A DNA stretch of 64,000 bases from an uncultured delta proteobacterium (GCA_963790475.1 CAWBOS010000012.1:1440001-1504000), one strand, 5' to 3'; positions 10,762 through 21,535 are shown, counted from the first letter of the stretch. Translations and numbers: made by a program. Notes: a model not told the origin generated them from the letters alone.

Positions 10762-12038
10762 ATGTACCAACGGTATTTCGGATTAAAAGAAAAACCCTTC
10801 CGGATAACCCCGGATCCCCGTTTCCTGTATCTCAGTGAAAAACACGCCGAGGCCCTGGATCATTTAATCTATGGGATCAGCCAGGGCGAAGGATTTATGG
10901 TCATCAGCGGGGATGTAGGTACAGGAAAAACGATGATCATTCGTTCCCTGTTGGAGCGGTTGGATGACTCCAAGATAAAAACGGCCATCATCCTCAATCC
11001 TTTGCTGGAGATTGACGAGCTGTTAAAATCCATCCTGGAGGATTTCGGCCTTTCCCCTAAAGGGAATTCAAAAAAGGAGTTGATCGATCAGTTAAATTCC
11101 TTTCTGCTCTCCCTTAACCAGGAAGGGGGGAAGGCAGTAGTTATCGTTGACGAATCTCAAAACCTGTCCCCCGATCTACTGGAAGAACTCCGGTCCCTTT
11201 CCAACTTGGAAACAGATCAGGAAAAACTTCTTCAGATAGTTCTGGTCGGGCAACTTGAATTATGGAACAAACTGAACGACCCCAACCTTAGACAACTCAA
11301 GCAGCGGATCTCGGTCAATTTTCGTCTGGAGCCATTATCCCTGAAGGAGATGAAGGAGTATATTTCCCATCGGTTGGCTATTGCCGGTTTCCGGGGTGAG
11401 ATAGCTTTTTCGAGCCAGGGCCCTGAGTTTGATTTTCAGGGTCTCCCGAGGGATCCCCCGCTTGATTAATCTGCTTTGTGACCGAATCCTGTTGGTCCTT
11501 TATCTGGAGCAGAAGATGCGGGTAACCACGGCCCATGTCCGAAAGGCCATAGAAAGTCTTGAGGGGAGGGGAAACTTCATTTTCTTTTTTTAGGGCAACT
11601 TTCTTCCGTCGTCTGGCCTTTGGGGGGATTGGGGGTCTGGTCATTTTTTTGCTGATCTTGATTTTTCTATGGTTATCGCCCAGCAAAACCGCGAGTCTAG
11701 AATCAACAAGTGTTTCCAGGGAGATTCCCAAAATCCAGAGTTCTGTTTCCCCTCTCCTGTATTCGGTGCACATTTCTTCATTCAAGAAGAAGAACTTAGC
11801 CGACCGGGCGATAGAAAAGATTTCTCAAGAAGGTCTTGAAGCCTTTGGGATGGTGGTCCAATTGCCTGAAACGGGAACCTGGTACCGTGTTTTAGTAGGC
11901 CAATATGAAACCAGAGAAGAAGCCCAAAGTCTGGCCAATCGAATGAAGGAAAGCGGATCATTCCCTTATTCCGTGGTCACCTCCATCCGTCAAGGGAATA
12001 CCAAAATAAAACCGGAAATCAAAGGGTCGACGCTATGA
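10762..12038 (+). CDS. ExeA/MshM-family AAA ATPase with C-terminal TM + SPOR domain, frameshifted near 11420
   Basis: MYQRYFGLKEKPF, Walker A GDVGTGKT, VIVDESQNL, LVGQLEL; the shifted frame gives SRGIPRLINLLCDR and joins ORF 11559-12038 with SPOR (YSVHISSF..WYRVLVGQY). Confidence 0.85.
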
Positions 12039-13156
12039 GCCTTATCAGGCAGGCTTTAAAAAAAGCAGCCGATGAAACCGAATCCCCTCCGCCTTTAAAC
12101 TCCAATGCAGGAACCGGGGGGAATAAGTCGGGGTCTTTTCCTCTAAAAAAAATAATTTTGGTGGTTTTATTATTGATTGGCCTGAGCGGGGTCCTTATTT
12201 ATTCTTTTTTCCCCAAGAGCCTGCCCCTTACAAAAATGCCTCGTCCTCGGGCCCCAATACAACTGGCCAAGAAAATTGAAATTAAACCACCGGCTCCGGC
12301 TCCGGTCAAAGAAAGAGAATACGCCCAGCAGACAGTTCCCGGAAAGATTGAGGCCAAAAGTCCCCAACCGTTGCCGGACCAGGTGAAAAAACCTCCGGAG
12401 CAGGTGCCGATTAAAAAGTCGGAGGGGATTTCAACGGCTGTTCCCACCACACGATTTTTCAGTCCCAGATCGATGCCCAGGACCTTTCGCCGGCCTTATG
12501 CGTCAGCGAAACCAGTCATCAAAACCAAACCGCCAACCGAAATTTCCGAATCACCCCAGGCCCCGGCCGCAGCGAAAGAACCCGACTCCCTTCAGGTGGT
12601 TCGTTTATTTAACGAGGCGGTTCGAAATCAGAATAAGGGCCAGTTTCCTCAGGCCATCCAGTCCTATCAGGAAATATTGTCCATTCGCCCCAATTATTGG
12701 GAAACCTATAATAATTTAGGCCTGATCTACCAAAAGCAAAAGCGTTTCCCCCAAGCCTTGGAGATGTTCCAAAAGGCTCTGTCTCTTAACCCCCGCTATC
12801 TAAAGGGGTTCAACAACTTAGGCCTCTATTATTTGAACTTGGGAAAACTTGAAGAAGCCGGGAACCAGTTCAGAAAAGCCCTGGATCTGGATTCGAGCTT
12901 TTTGCCGGCCTACATCAACTTAGCCGTGGTTTTGAATAGACAGGGCCAAGTGGAACAGGCCAAAAAAGCGCTTCTCAAGGCCCTGGAATACGACTCCGAA
13001 AACTTGGAAGCCCATTACAATTTGGGACTCTTGTGGGAAAGTCAAGGGGTGAAAGACAAAGCCCTTGAACATTATGAAAAATTTATTTCCAAAGCCCAGG
13101 GACCCTATTCGGAATTGGCCGATGAATTAAAAAAGAGATGGCCGGAGCTGAAGTAA
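12035..13156 (+). CDS. TPR protein (MshN-like)
   Basis: MSLIRQALKK start, TM, Pro-rich linker, about 5 TPRs (YNNLG, AHYNLG). Confidence 0.85.
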   Translation: MSLIRQALKKAADETESPPPLNSNAGTGGNKSGSFPLKKIILVVLLLIGLSGVLIYSFFPKSLPLTKMPRPRAPIQLAKKIEIKPPAPAPVKEREYAQQTVPGKIEAKSPQPLPDQVKKPPEQVPIKKSEGISTAVPTTRFFSPRSMPRTFRRPYASAKPVIKTKPPTEISESPQAPAAAKEPDSLQVVRLFNEAVRNQNKGQFPQAIQSYQEILSIRPNYWETYNNLGLIYQKQKRFPQALEMFQKALSLNPRYLKGFNNLGLYYLNLGKLEEAGNQFRKALDLDSSFLPAYINLAVVLNRQGQVEQAKKALLKALEYDSENLEAHYNLGLLWESQGVKDKALEHYEKFISKAQGPYSELADELKKRWPELK

Positions 13157-13159
13157 CAA

Positions 13160-13266
13160 AGAGCAAAGCGCATAGGGCATAGAGTATAAGGACAATGGGT
13201 ATGAAGATTAGGGTTATTAGAATTTAATGCCTTTGCTCTCTGCTCTTTGCTCTCTGCCCTGTGCGC
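13160..13266. repeat. Inverted array of degenerate 7-bp repeats between convergent genes
   Basis: AGAGCAA/AGCGCAT/AGGGCAT/AGAGTAT faced by TGCTCTC/TGCTCTT/TGCTCTC/TGCCCTG. Confidence 0.7.
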
Positions 13267-13623
13267 TTAGTTTTTCCACCAGACATTGGCCGAGGGGGGG
13301 TCGAATAATTTGATATTGTCTCCCTGCCTGACCAAAGGGGAGGTTTGGTTCTCATTGGCTTCACGGAACAGTCGGTCTACGGTCAGTAACAGGCCAAGAA
13401 ACGGCCCATATTCGGAAAGGGCCTGCTTGGCATAGGCCGAACAACTGGGGAGCATGTAACATTTAGAATCCAGGACAGGAGATAAAAATTTTTGATAGCC
13501 CTCGATACCGGCCGATAAAAGGGATGAGGATTCTGAGGGAGGGGGCTGGGAAGGTTCCAAACCGTATCCCTTGATGGGAAAGACCAGGAGCAAAAGGATA
13601 AGAAAACAGACGGGGTTTAGCAT
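13267..13623 (-). CDS. yidD: Membrane protein insertion efficiency factor YidD-like (haemolytic domain) with N-terminal hydrophobic extension
   Basis: YQKFLSP..CYMLPSCSAYAKQAL..YG motif; AAGGAG before ATG 13623. Confidence 0.75.
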   Translation of the reverse strand: MLNPVCFLILLLLVFPIKGYGLEPSQPPPSESSSLLSAGIEGYQKFLSPVLDSKCYMLPSCSAYAKQALSEYGPFLGLLLTVDRLFREANENQTSPLVRQGDNIKLFDPPSANVWWKN

Positions 13624-13714
13624 TAGGACTCCTTTAGTGTGCGGCACCTGTGAGGGGCAGGGGTGTTCTTCGAAATTCAAAGAGGACGATAGATTTTTTA
13701 TGAAGGTGTTTTTA

Positions 13715-14627
13715 TTAAAAGGCATGATGGAGCACCAGATAAGGAGTTGGTGAGGATGACGGGCCCTGGGATAAGAGTCCAAACCGGATCCCATAGCCTT
13801 CCAAAAAATCGGTATCCAGCTTGCGATTGAATTTATGAGCGCTGTTCACCGCACTGTAGATATTGCCGGAATACCAGGCCAGTTCAATAACAGCCAACAA
13901 GGCGCCCAGACCGTCGTTCCCCTGTTGGAAGGAAGACAGGGCTGCCCAGGTAAATAAACCGTTTACGGCAAAGGCGATCAAGGCATCTTGCTTGCGGTCC
14001 AGATACAAGTGGCCGGCCCCTGGAAGGATGGCCGCCAGGATTCCTGCGGTGGTAGGGGATTTATAGGGTAGATTTTCAGCTTTCAGAAAAAAGGCTTCGT
14101 GGGCCTCCTTTTCAGAATCTTTCAAAGGAGAGTTCTTTAACAGTAATCGGGCCGAATCATAGCGCTTTTGTTTGGTGAGACCCCAGAGAATGGCCCGGGC
14201 GGCGGAAGATTTTATCGAAGACTGGCCTTCCTGAAGTATTTTTTCCCAGAGGAGCATGGCCTTGTCTTCCTGGCCCAGTTCCCAATAAGCCCTTCCGGTT
14301 TGGAACTGGATCTCTCCTTTAAAGGGGGTGTTCGGGGTTTGGCGAAGGACCCCCTCCCAATGGATGATGGCTTCCTTATAGGATTTGAGGAAGAAACTGG
14401 GCTTCTCCGAGAAGGTAATTGGCCTCATCAACCTTAGTCCCCGAAGGATAAAGAAAGAGGAGTCTTTTAAATTCAGTAGCGGCCCGAAAATAATCGTGAT
14501 TCTGTAATAAATAGTTGGCGAAGGCGAATTGTGTTTCTTCCGCAGGCAAAGGCTCTGCCGTATTGGAAAGGGCCAGTGAAGGAACGAGGACGATCAAAAG
14601 CAGTGCGGAGAAAAATTTTCCAAGCAT
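13715..14627 (-). CDS. TPR (BamD-like) protein with C-terminal TM2-like membrane domain, frameshifted near 14405
   Basis: Signal peptide + FANYLLQNHDYFRAATEFKR in ORF 14376-14711; KSPTTAGILAAILPGAGHLY in ORF 13715-14431. Confidence 0.75.
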
Positions 14628-14792
14628 CCTATTGATTCTCATGGTATTGGAGGGGAGGGGAAAATTATTTCTCATGAAAAAGATACTATCATAAGCCTTT
14701 CTAATAGCCAAGAAATATTGCGGGCTAAAAAGAGGTTGGCTTGGGCGGAAAGAAATGGTAAAGGGACAGATGAAAGTAAAATTTGACCTGGT

Positions 14793-17069
14793 ATGGAGTT
14801 GACTATGCCCAACCGGTTTTGGATCTTGTTAATCCTCATTTTTTCAATAATGCTTTGGGGACTGCCTCCTTCTTCTCGAGCCGGAGAAAATATTCTGTCC
14901 CTGGGGTCGGAGACCACCAAGGAACCTTGGGAAATAGAGGCCCTGGAACTAAGTTACGATAAAGATAGCGATGTTTATACGGCCGTCGGAGAAGTGGTCA
15001 TCAAAAAGGAAAAGAAGGTATTGAAGAGCGATTATGCCTGGGTAAACCGAAAGACTATGATCGCCGAAGCCCGGGGGAATGTGGAGTTTAAGTCCGAAGG
15101 AGACGAACTCCGCGGAGATGAGGTGACCTTTGATTTGGAAAAACAAACCGGCGAGGTAAAAAAAGGCCGTCTTTTCCTCAAAAGTAATAACTTTCACGTC
15201 ACCGGAGAAGAGATCTGGAAAACAGGAGAATCCTCTTACCGGATCCAAAACGGGACCGTTACCTCCTGTGACGGGGAAGACGTCCCCTGGGAGATCAGAG
15301 CCAGGGAATTATCGGTGACTATCGAGGGCTATGGACAAATCTGGGATTCCTCTTTCAGGGTTAAAGACCTTCCCATCCTTTATTTCCCTTACATGATTTT
15401 CCCGGCCAAGACCAAGCGGCAGAGTGGGCTTCTGATGCCGGATCCCGGTTATTCAAGCCGGGATGGTCTGACCTTAAACCTCCCCTTTTTTTGGGCCATC
15501 TCGGATAATACCGATGCCACCTTCAATGAGTATTATATGAGCCGCCGGGGGCTGATGCAAGGGGCGGAATTTCGATATGCCCTTTCTCCCTTTTCCAAGG
15601 GGACCTTGATGGTGGATTATCTGTTTAATGACTGGGGAAGTGAAGAACAGTTTCAGAATAATAATATTCTTAAGCCTTATACGGAACGGTACTGGTTTCG
15701 TTCCAAGATCAATCAGCGATTGCCCGCCAACATGGATTTGAAGATGGATTTGGACTGGGTCAGTGACCAGGATTTTTTGAAGGAATTTAGGGGGAAACCT
15801 AACGGCCTGGACCAAAATCGAAGATACTTTCTCAGCGAGTTTTCCCGGGACTTGGATGATGAAACCCAACTCCTCAGGAGAAACACCGCCGTATTCACCA
15901 AAACCTTCGGCACCTATCAGTTCACCGGCGGATTTGCCTATTTTCAGGAACCGGACCAACCCATCAACGCCTTAAATCAACTTCCCTATGCCCGGTTTGA
16001 GAATATTAAACAGGTCCTGTGGAAAGATATTTATTATCAGTGGGGTTCCTCCTATAACAATTATTGGCGTGAAACATTGGATCGCGGACAGGTACTCGAG
16101 CTTACCCCGACCGTGTACTATCCTTTTAAGTTGAAAAGTTACCTTAACCTGGAAGGCTCCATGGGGTTGACCGAGACGATGTATCAAGTCGACAACAAAC
16201 AAAGTGAATCGGTTGATTCGTTGGGGAACCGTGCCGTTCCCAATCTTCGATTGGATTTATCGACCGACATTCAAAAGATATTTAATTTTTCAGGAGAAGA
16301 AGTTCAAAAGATTAAACATAACCTGCGACCCCAGATCATCTATAATTACGTTCCCGATATTAAACAGGATTCTCTGCCCGGTTTTCTTTCAGCCATCAGT
16401 ACGGTCAATACAGTGACTTATTATTTAATCAACACCTTGACCGCCAAGTCGCTACTGGGGAAGGGTGGGCAAGGGGAGGATCTTTTTGGTTACCGGGATT
16501 TTGTCCAGTTTAAATTGTATCAGACCTATTCCCTCAGTCCAGGCACCTTCACTACCCATACCACTACTGGTGGCACCACCACCCCTATCACTACCACTAC
16601 CAACATTGCCGGCACCATCACCACTTTCACTACCGACCCCGGTGGCACCACTATCACTACTACTACCCCCGCCCTCTCGGATGTTACCGGAGAGCTGGAA
16701 TTAACTCCCTATCCGAATCTTAGCTTACGAGCCAGTGCAGCTTGGTCTCCCTACACAGGCCAGATAGATACTCAAACTTACAACTTGACCTTATTGGACA
16801 AAAAGGGCAATAGCGGTTACCTGGAATATCTGGCCACATCCGGAAATCAATCCCAGCAGATCAATGCCAACTTGACCTGGAAAATAAACCCCATCTGGTC
16901 GGCCAATTTTCAGACCAGCTATTCCTTGGATCAGAACAGAAATTATGGAACCAACATCGGGGTTACTTACACGAAGCAATGTTGGGGGGTAAAACTCAGT
17001 TATTGGAGCACCCCTATTGACACAAGCCTCATGCTCTCTTTAACCTTAAAAGGTCTGGGGGAATTTTAG
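14793..17069 (+). CDS. lptD: LPS assembly outer-membrane protein LptD
   Basis: Signal peptide, OstA-like N-domain, TSCDG..PW, KRQSGLLMP, QCWG, terminal LKGLGEF. Confidence 0.9.
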   Translation: MELTMPNRFWILLILIFSIMLWGLPPSSRAGENILSLGSETTKEPWEIEALELSYDKDSDVYTAVGEVVIKKEKKVLKSDYAWVNRKTMIAEARGNVEFKSEGDELRGDEVTFDLEKQTGEVKKGRLFLKSNNFHVTGEEIWKTGESSYRIQNGTVTSCDGEDVPWEIRARELSVTIEGYGQIWDSSFRVKDLPILYFPYMIFPAKTKRQSGLLMPDPGYSSRDGLTLNLPFFWAISDNTDATFNEYYMSRRGLMQGAEFRYALSPFSKGTLMVDYLFNDWGSEEQFQNNNILKPYTERYWFRSKINQRLPANMDLKMDLDWVSDQDFLKEFRGKPNGLDQNRRYFLSEFSRDLDDETQLLRRNTAVFTKTFGTYQFTGGFAYFQEPDQPINALNQLPYARFENIKQVLWKDIYYQWGSSYNNYWRETLDRGQVLELTPTVYYPFKLKSYLNLEGSMGLTETMYQVDNKQSESVDSLGNRAVPNLRLDLSTDIQKIFNFSGEEVQKIKHNLRPQIIYNYVPDIKQDSLPGFLSAISTVNTVTYYLINTLTAKSLLGKGGQGEDLFGYRDFVQFKLYQTYSLSPGTFTTHTTTGGTTTPITTTTNIAGTITTFTTDPGGTTITTTTPALSDVTGELELTPYPNLSLRASAAWSPYTGQIDTQTYNLTLLDKKGNSGYLEYLATSGNQSQQINANLTWKINPIWSANFQTSYSLDQNRNYGTNIGVTYTKQCWGVKLSYWSTPIDTSLMLSLTLKGLGEF

Positions 17070-17389
17070 TCCAGGCCTTCTTCCCGGCATCTTGTTTTTC
17101 CCCTTGACCTTGTTTTTCCCTTACCCTATAGTTTAAACAAAAAAGAACTTCCCCTTAAAGGACCCCGTTGGATATCAGCCGGAGATCGCCTTTTAATTAT
17201 TTCAGGCAAAAGCTCCGCAAGGATGAAGGCCTGATGTCTTCCCGTATCATCCCCATTTGCGCATAAAATGCTGGGAACGCGGCCGGGTTGAATGAGCTTT
17301 CCTTTAGGCCTTTCCATCGGGAGAGTTTTCGGAGAAAGCCTTTGAGCTGATCAGCGAAAAAGCGGGAAGAAAGCCTTAAGGATATTTGG

Positions 17390-18368
17390 TTGATGAATGA
17401 AAAACCGGCCCACCCCTTGGAATCCTTATTTTACCCTCTGGTCATCTTCAGTGTTCCTTCCAAAGTAGTGCTCGAGGTCATGGGCGACTGCGTGGCCAAA
17501 GGCGTGAAATACGTCCATCTCTTTACTGCCGGCTTCAGCGAAACCGGAAGAGAGGACCTGGCCCGTTTGGAACTGGATATGATCCGGATGGCCCGTCAAG
17601 GCGGTATCCGGGTTATCGGGCCCAATTGCATGGGGCTGTATTGCCCCGAGGGCGGCTTGGCCTGGATCAATGAATTTCCGATCAGTCCCGGTCCGATCGG
17701 CATTGTGTCCCAGAGCGGCCAACTGGCCGGAATGTTCATTTCCATGGCCGCGGGCAAGGGCCTGCGTTTCAGTAAAGTCATCAGTTACGGCAACGCCGGA
17801 GACCTGCAAAACCATGAGTTTCTCGAATATCTGGCGGCGGCTCGGTGACCATGACGGATATGGCTGAAGAGGCCGGGCTTCGCGTGCCCCATCTGACTGA
17901 CAAGACGGTCAAGGCCATTGAGGAGTTCGTGCCCATTCAGGGCAGCAGCGCCAAGAACCCCTTGGATATCATGGGCGCTTTCTTTGATCGGGGTTACGAA
18001 AACCTCCAGTTACTCATGGATTTGCTTCGAGAAGATCCGAACATCGACGCCCTTATCTTCAATCAGCCGGTGGACCTCATCGCCCGGGTAGTGGGGAGTT
18101 CCATGATTTCCCTCCTTCCTCAGTTGATCAGAGAATCCATGGATCGTATGGGCAAACCGATCTTTGTGGTGTTGGATAAGGGTCGGGGGGCCTCGAACGC
18201 GAGATCCTCAGGCAGGAGTTGGAAGACCGATATAACAATGCCGGTTTGGCCGCCTTCGCCACCTTCCCACAGGCGGCTCGGGTTGTGGCCGAGCTGGTTC
18301 GGTATCGACGGTACCTGGAGAAGGTCCGGGGGCCGGCCCCGTACGACAAGAAAGAATATAATGGATAA
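17390..18368 (+). pseudogene. ADP-forming acyl-CoA synthetase alpha (CoA-binding) subunit with two internal deletions and frameshifts
   Basis: LESLFYP joined directly to LVIFSVP; TAGFSE, IGPNCMG, VSQSG, SYGN; EFLEYLA jumps to GGGSVTMTD in another frame; NPLD; C-terminus ends TAA 18366-18368. Confidence 0.8.
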
Positions 18369-18507
18369 GCGGACTGTCCCTTCACTGTCCGGGAGAAGGC
18401 CGCATTTTTTTTGCAGGGTAACAAAAGGGTTGGTATATCACGCAAACCAACAGCCTATTAAAGGTCTTAAAATAGTATCGACCAATGGGGACCGGGGAGG
18501 GTAAGCA

Positions 18508-18846
18508 ATGGTCAGGGAAATCGGGGATGAGTTATTAGAAAAAGAAGTTCTGGGGAAAGAGGGAACGGTTCTTCTTCTGGTCTACGCCACCTGGTGCGGC
18601 GACTGTCAGCGGATCCTGCCTGTTTTGAATAAGTTCTCCACCTTCCCGGAGTATGACGGGGTGAGTTTTCTGCAACTGAATGTTGATAAAAATCCGCAGA
18701 CCAAGAGGCAATTGAATGTGGAGCGGTATCCGACCCTTTATCTGTTCCAGGACGGCCGCAAGGTAGCGGAACAGACAGCCGAAGTGCCGGCTGAAGAACA
18801 GAAGGCGATCATTCAGTCGTTGCTGAGCCGTTCGCTTCCTGGGTAA
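18508..18846 (+). CDS. Thioredoxin family protein
   Basis: YATWCGDC active site, LNVDKNP, YPTL; GGAGG RBS. Confidence 0.88.
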   Translation: MVREIGDELLEKEVLGKEGTVLLLVYATWCGDCQRILPVLNKFSTFPEYDGVSFLQLNVDKNPQTKRQLNVERYPTLYLFQDGRKVAEQTAEVPAEEQKAIIQSLLSRSLPG

Positions 18847-18875
18847 GGGGAAGCAGAGGCAGGCAGGAGAAAATT

Positions 18876-19157
18876 TTGCTTTTGATGGGTCTCAATATCG
18901 GGCTGGTGTTGTCAGCCATTGTCTCCTTTGGGATGAGACATTCTGTTCCCGGCGTTTTGGCTATTGCCTGCGGGACAGTAGGAGGTGTCACGCTATATTC
19001 AAGGGTTAAATTATGGAAAACCGGTATGGCCGGCCAGCTTTATGATTTGGTAGGGGACAATGAAAAAGAAATGAAAAAAATGAGAAATTTCGATTATATG
19101 TTTTGGGGCACAGGGGCGTTCAATACGATAGTCTTTCTTTGGCATCTGGCCCGGTAA
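18876..19157 (+). CDS. Small membrane hypothetical protein (start uncertain)
   Basis: Three hydrophobic segments; no recognisable family. Confidence 0.45.
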   Translation: MLLMGLNIGLVLSAIVSFGMRHSVPGVLAIACGTVGGVTLYSRVKLWKTGMAGQLYDLVGDNEKEMKKMRNFDYMFWGTGAFNTIVFLWHLAR

Positions 19158-19246
19158 AATCAGGGAACGTTCAGACAGATTACTGATCCCTCCTCGGGAG
19201 TCGATGCCTGGAGGGATTGATGGTGCTAAGTATCGAAGCCAATCCT

Positions 19247-20446
19247 TTAGATTGAATCGGATTTTTGGTCATCCGACTCCCGATTTATTTCCTTTCGCTC
19301 ACTTCTTTGAACAGCCAGGATTTCCCGGCCGAAATGATCTTTAAACCATCTTTTCATCCCCGGAATTTCGCCCAACTCCTCCAGGGACCGAGTATTTCTT
19401 AAAGCCAGGGTATTGATCAGGACGTTATTCATGAGAATTCCAGGCTCCATCTCCAACTCTTTTGCCTGTTGATCCCGCCAGTTTTTCAGGGCTTTGATCC
19501 TGTTGCGCGCGGCCGATGGAAAATCAGGTCTGGCTTCCCGGGGGTACACCGGAAGATTCTTGTCGGGAATGGCCATGGCCAGATGAATTGCCTCCAGCAG
19601 GTGTGTCCCATATCGGTCGCTTTGCTTCCGGCTCAGGGACATCCCGGTTTCCATTTCCACCCGGCTTAAAGGTTTTTTTATAGCCATTTCCAAAAGGGAT
19701 TCATTACCGATCACCTTGAAAGGAGGAAAATCCGATTTTCTGGCCTGCGCCTCGCGGAATTTCAACAAAACCTCAAGTACGGCAAGACCCCTGGGATCAA
19801 GGTGCCCGGCCCCTTTTACTTTTAAGAACAGCGGGGCCTGGTTGGGGGCCGTAAAGCGGACCCTGGTCATGAGCTGGCATTCTTCTTCCACCCAGGATAA
19901 CCGTTTCTTCTCTTCCAGTTCCCTTTCCAGCATACGGGCCAGGGGGATCAGGTACCGCCCGTCCATCGCTGCATATTCGACCATCCCCAAAGGCAGGGGT
20001 CTTCGGGACCAATCGGCCCGCTGAAATTTCTTGTTCAATTCCACCTGGAATCGGCTTCGCAACACCGCCTCCAGACCGGTTTCCCGCAGGCCCAGAAATT
20101 GACAGGCCAACTGCGTATCAAAGAGGTTGTTTACCTGGAACCCAAAATCACGGTGCAGGGAACGGATATCATAATCCGCCCCATGGAATACCTTGCGGAT
20201 GTCGGGATTGGAGAAAATAGGGCGTAAAGCGGAAAGATCCCTCAGGGCCAGGGGATCCAGGATGTAGGAATCGGATTCGGTGACGATCTGCAGGAGGCAT
20301 ACCTTTTCGAAGTAGTGGTACAAAGAGTCCGCTTCCAGGTCGACTCCGATGATCTTGACTTGAGCCAGAGTCCTGGCAACCTCCTGCAATCGGGGAAGAG
20401 TCTCTATCCATTCGTAGGAAACCCTATTTTTATCCATCGTGATCAC
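19247..20446 (-). CDS. rnd: Ribonuclease D-family 3'-5' exonuclease with two HRDC domains
   Basis: GVDLEAD, KVFHGADYD, FDTQLA, DWSRRPL..YAAMD; HRDC-like LKNWRD. Confidence 0.9.
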   Translation of the reverse strand: MITMDKNRVSYEWIETLPRLQEVARTLAQVKIIGVDLEADSLYHYFEKVCLLQIVTESDSYILDPLALRDLSALRPIFSNPDIRKVFHGADYDIRSLHRDFGFQVNNLFDTQLACQFLGLRETGLEAVLRSRFQVELNKKFQRADWSRRPLPLGMVEYAAMDGRYLIPLARMLERELEEKKRLSWVEEECQLMTRVRFTAPNQAPLFLKVKGAGHLDPRGLAVLEVLLKFREAQARKSDFPPFKVIGNESLLEMAIKKPLSRVEMETGMSLSRKQSDRYGTHLLEAIHLAMAIPDKNLPVYPREARPDFPSAARNRIKALKNWRDQQAKELEMEPGILMNNVLINTLALRNTRSLEELGEIPGMKRWFKDHFGREILAVQRSERKEINRESDDQKSDSI

Positions 20447-20750
20447 TCCCTTGCTTCAAGTTCCCGGTTAGGGCTCCTTTGAAGGAAGGAGTATAGGGCA
20501 AGAAAAGGATACAATCAAGGAGAAAGAATAGTCAGGAAAACGGGGTAGCGATGGCCTCTTCTCAAGGAAACCGGACCATTATGAACCTCAATCTTGTTTT
20601 AACTGATCCGGAGATCAGAGAAAATCAACAGATCCAAGTCAAACTTTCTCTTGGATATTGGGTCGTCCAGTCATTGAAATAATATTCCTTTTAATTTTAA
20701 AATGACTTGGTGTATTTATAATAGGCAAGCAATGACTGGAGGAGGGGGGC

Positions 20751-21535
20751 ATGGAAGATAAAATAATTAAAGTGGTGGAGATGATCCTGGCCGCCGACAG
20801 GGTTGTTGTTTTTACCGGGGCGGATGTCAGCACGGAATCCGGCATTCCCGATTTTCGCAGCCCCGGCGGGCTCTGGACAAGATTTGATCCCGATGACTTT
20901 ACAATTGATAAATATCTAAGTTCCGGCCAAACGCGCCGGAAGATGTGGAAGATCCTCATGGAGGGCGGTTTGCTGGCTGATGCCGCACCTAACCCCGCCC
21001 ATTATGGCATTGCCGAATTGGAAAAATTGGGTAAACTGAGTTCAGTTATTACCCAGAACGTGGATAACCTGCACCAGAAAAGCGGCAATAATCCGGCCAT
21101 CGTCCATGAATTGCACGGTAGTATGAAATGGATCGTTTGTCTGGGGTGCGGCGGCGTTATCCCTTGGAAGTCATGATGAGGGATGTTCCTTCTGATGATT
21201 CCGTTTCCGAGTGTAAAATGTGCGGGGGGATTTTAAAGCCCGATGTCATTTTTTTCGGCGAAGCCCTTCCCGAAAAAACACTCAGGGTGGCCACAAAGGA
21301 ATCTCGGGAGTGTGATTTGTTCATCGTCATTGGTTCTTCCCTGGTCGTATATCCTGCCGCCTTTTTGCCTTTGCAGGCCAAGCACTCGGGCGCCGGGGTG
21401 GTTATTATCAATCTCGGCCCCACGGAACAGGACCATATCGCCGATATCATTATCAATGAATCGGCCGGGAAAGTCATGACGGAGATAGTGACCGGGGTAA
21501 AGAATAACTTGGATCAAAAAGCCTCGGAAATTTAA
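20751..21535 (+). CDS. cobB: NAD-dependent deacylase (sirtuin), frameshifted near 21155
   Basis: STESGIPDFR, ITQNVDNLH, ELHGS, CxxC..CxxC, KPDVIFFGE, GSSLVVYPAA. Confidence 0.88.

Noticed and set aside
17846-17848. Selenocysteine read-through at TGA (also 53268-53270)
   Set aside because: Homology continues in a different frame, consistent with deletion junctions rather than recoding.
20751-21535. Sirtuin as a defence (Thoeris/DSR) effector
   Set aside because: Ordinary Zn-finger CobB-type deacylase with no defence partner genes; the GAD instead of GAG motif may be a single-base error.
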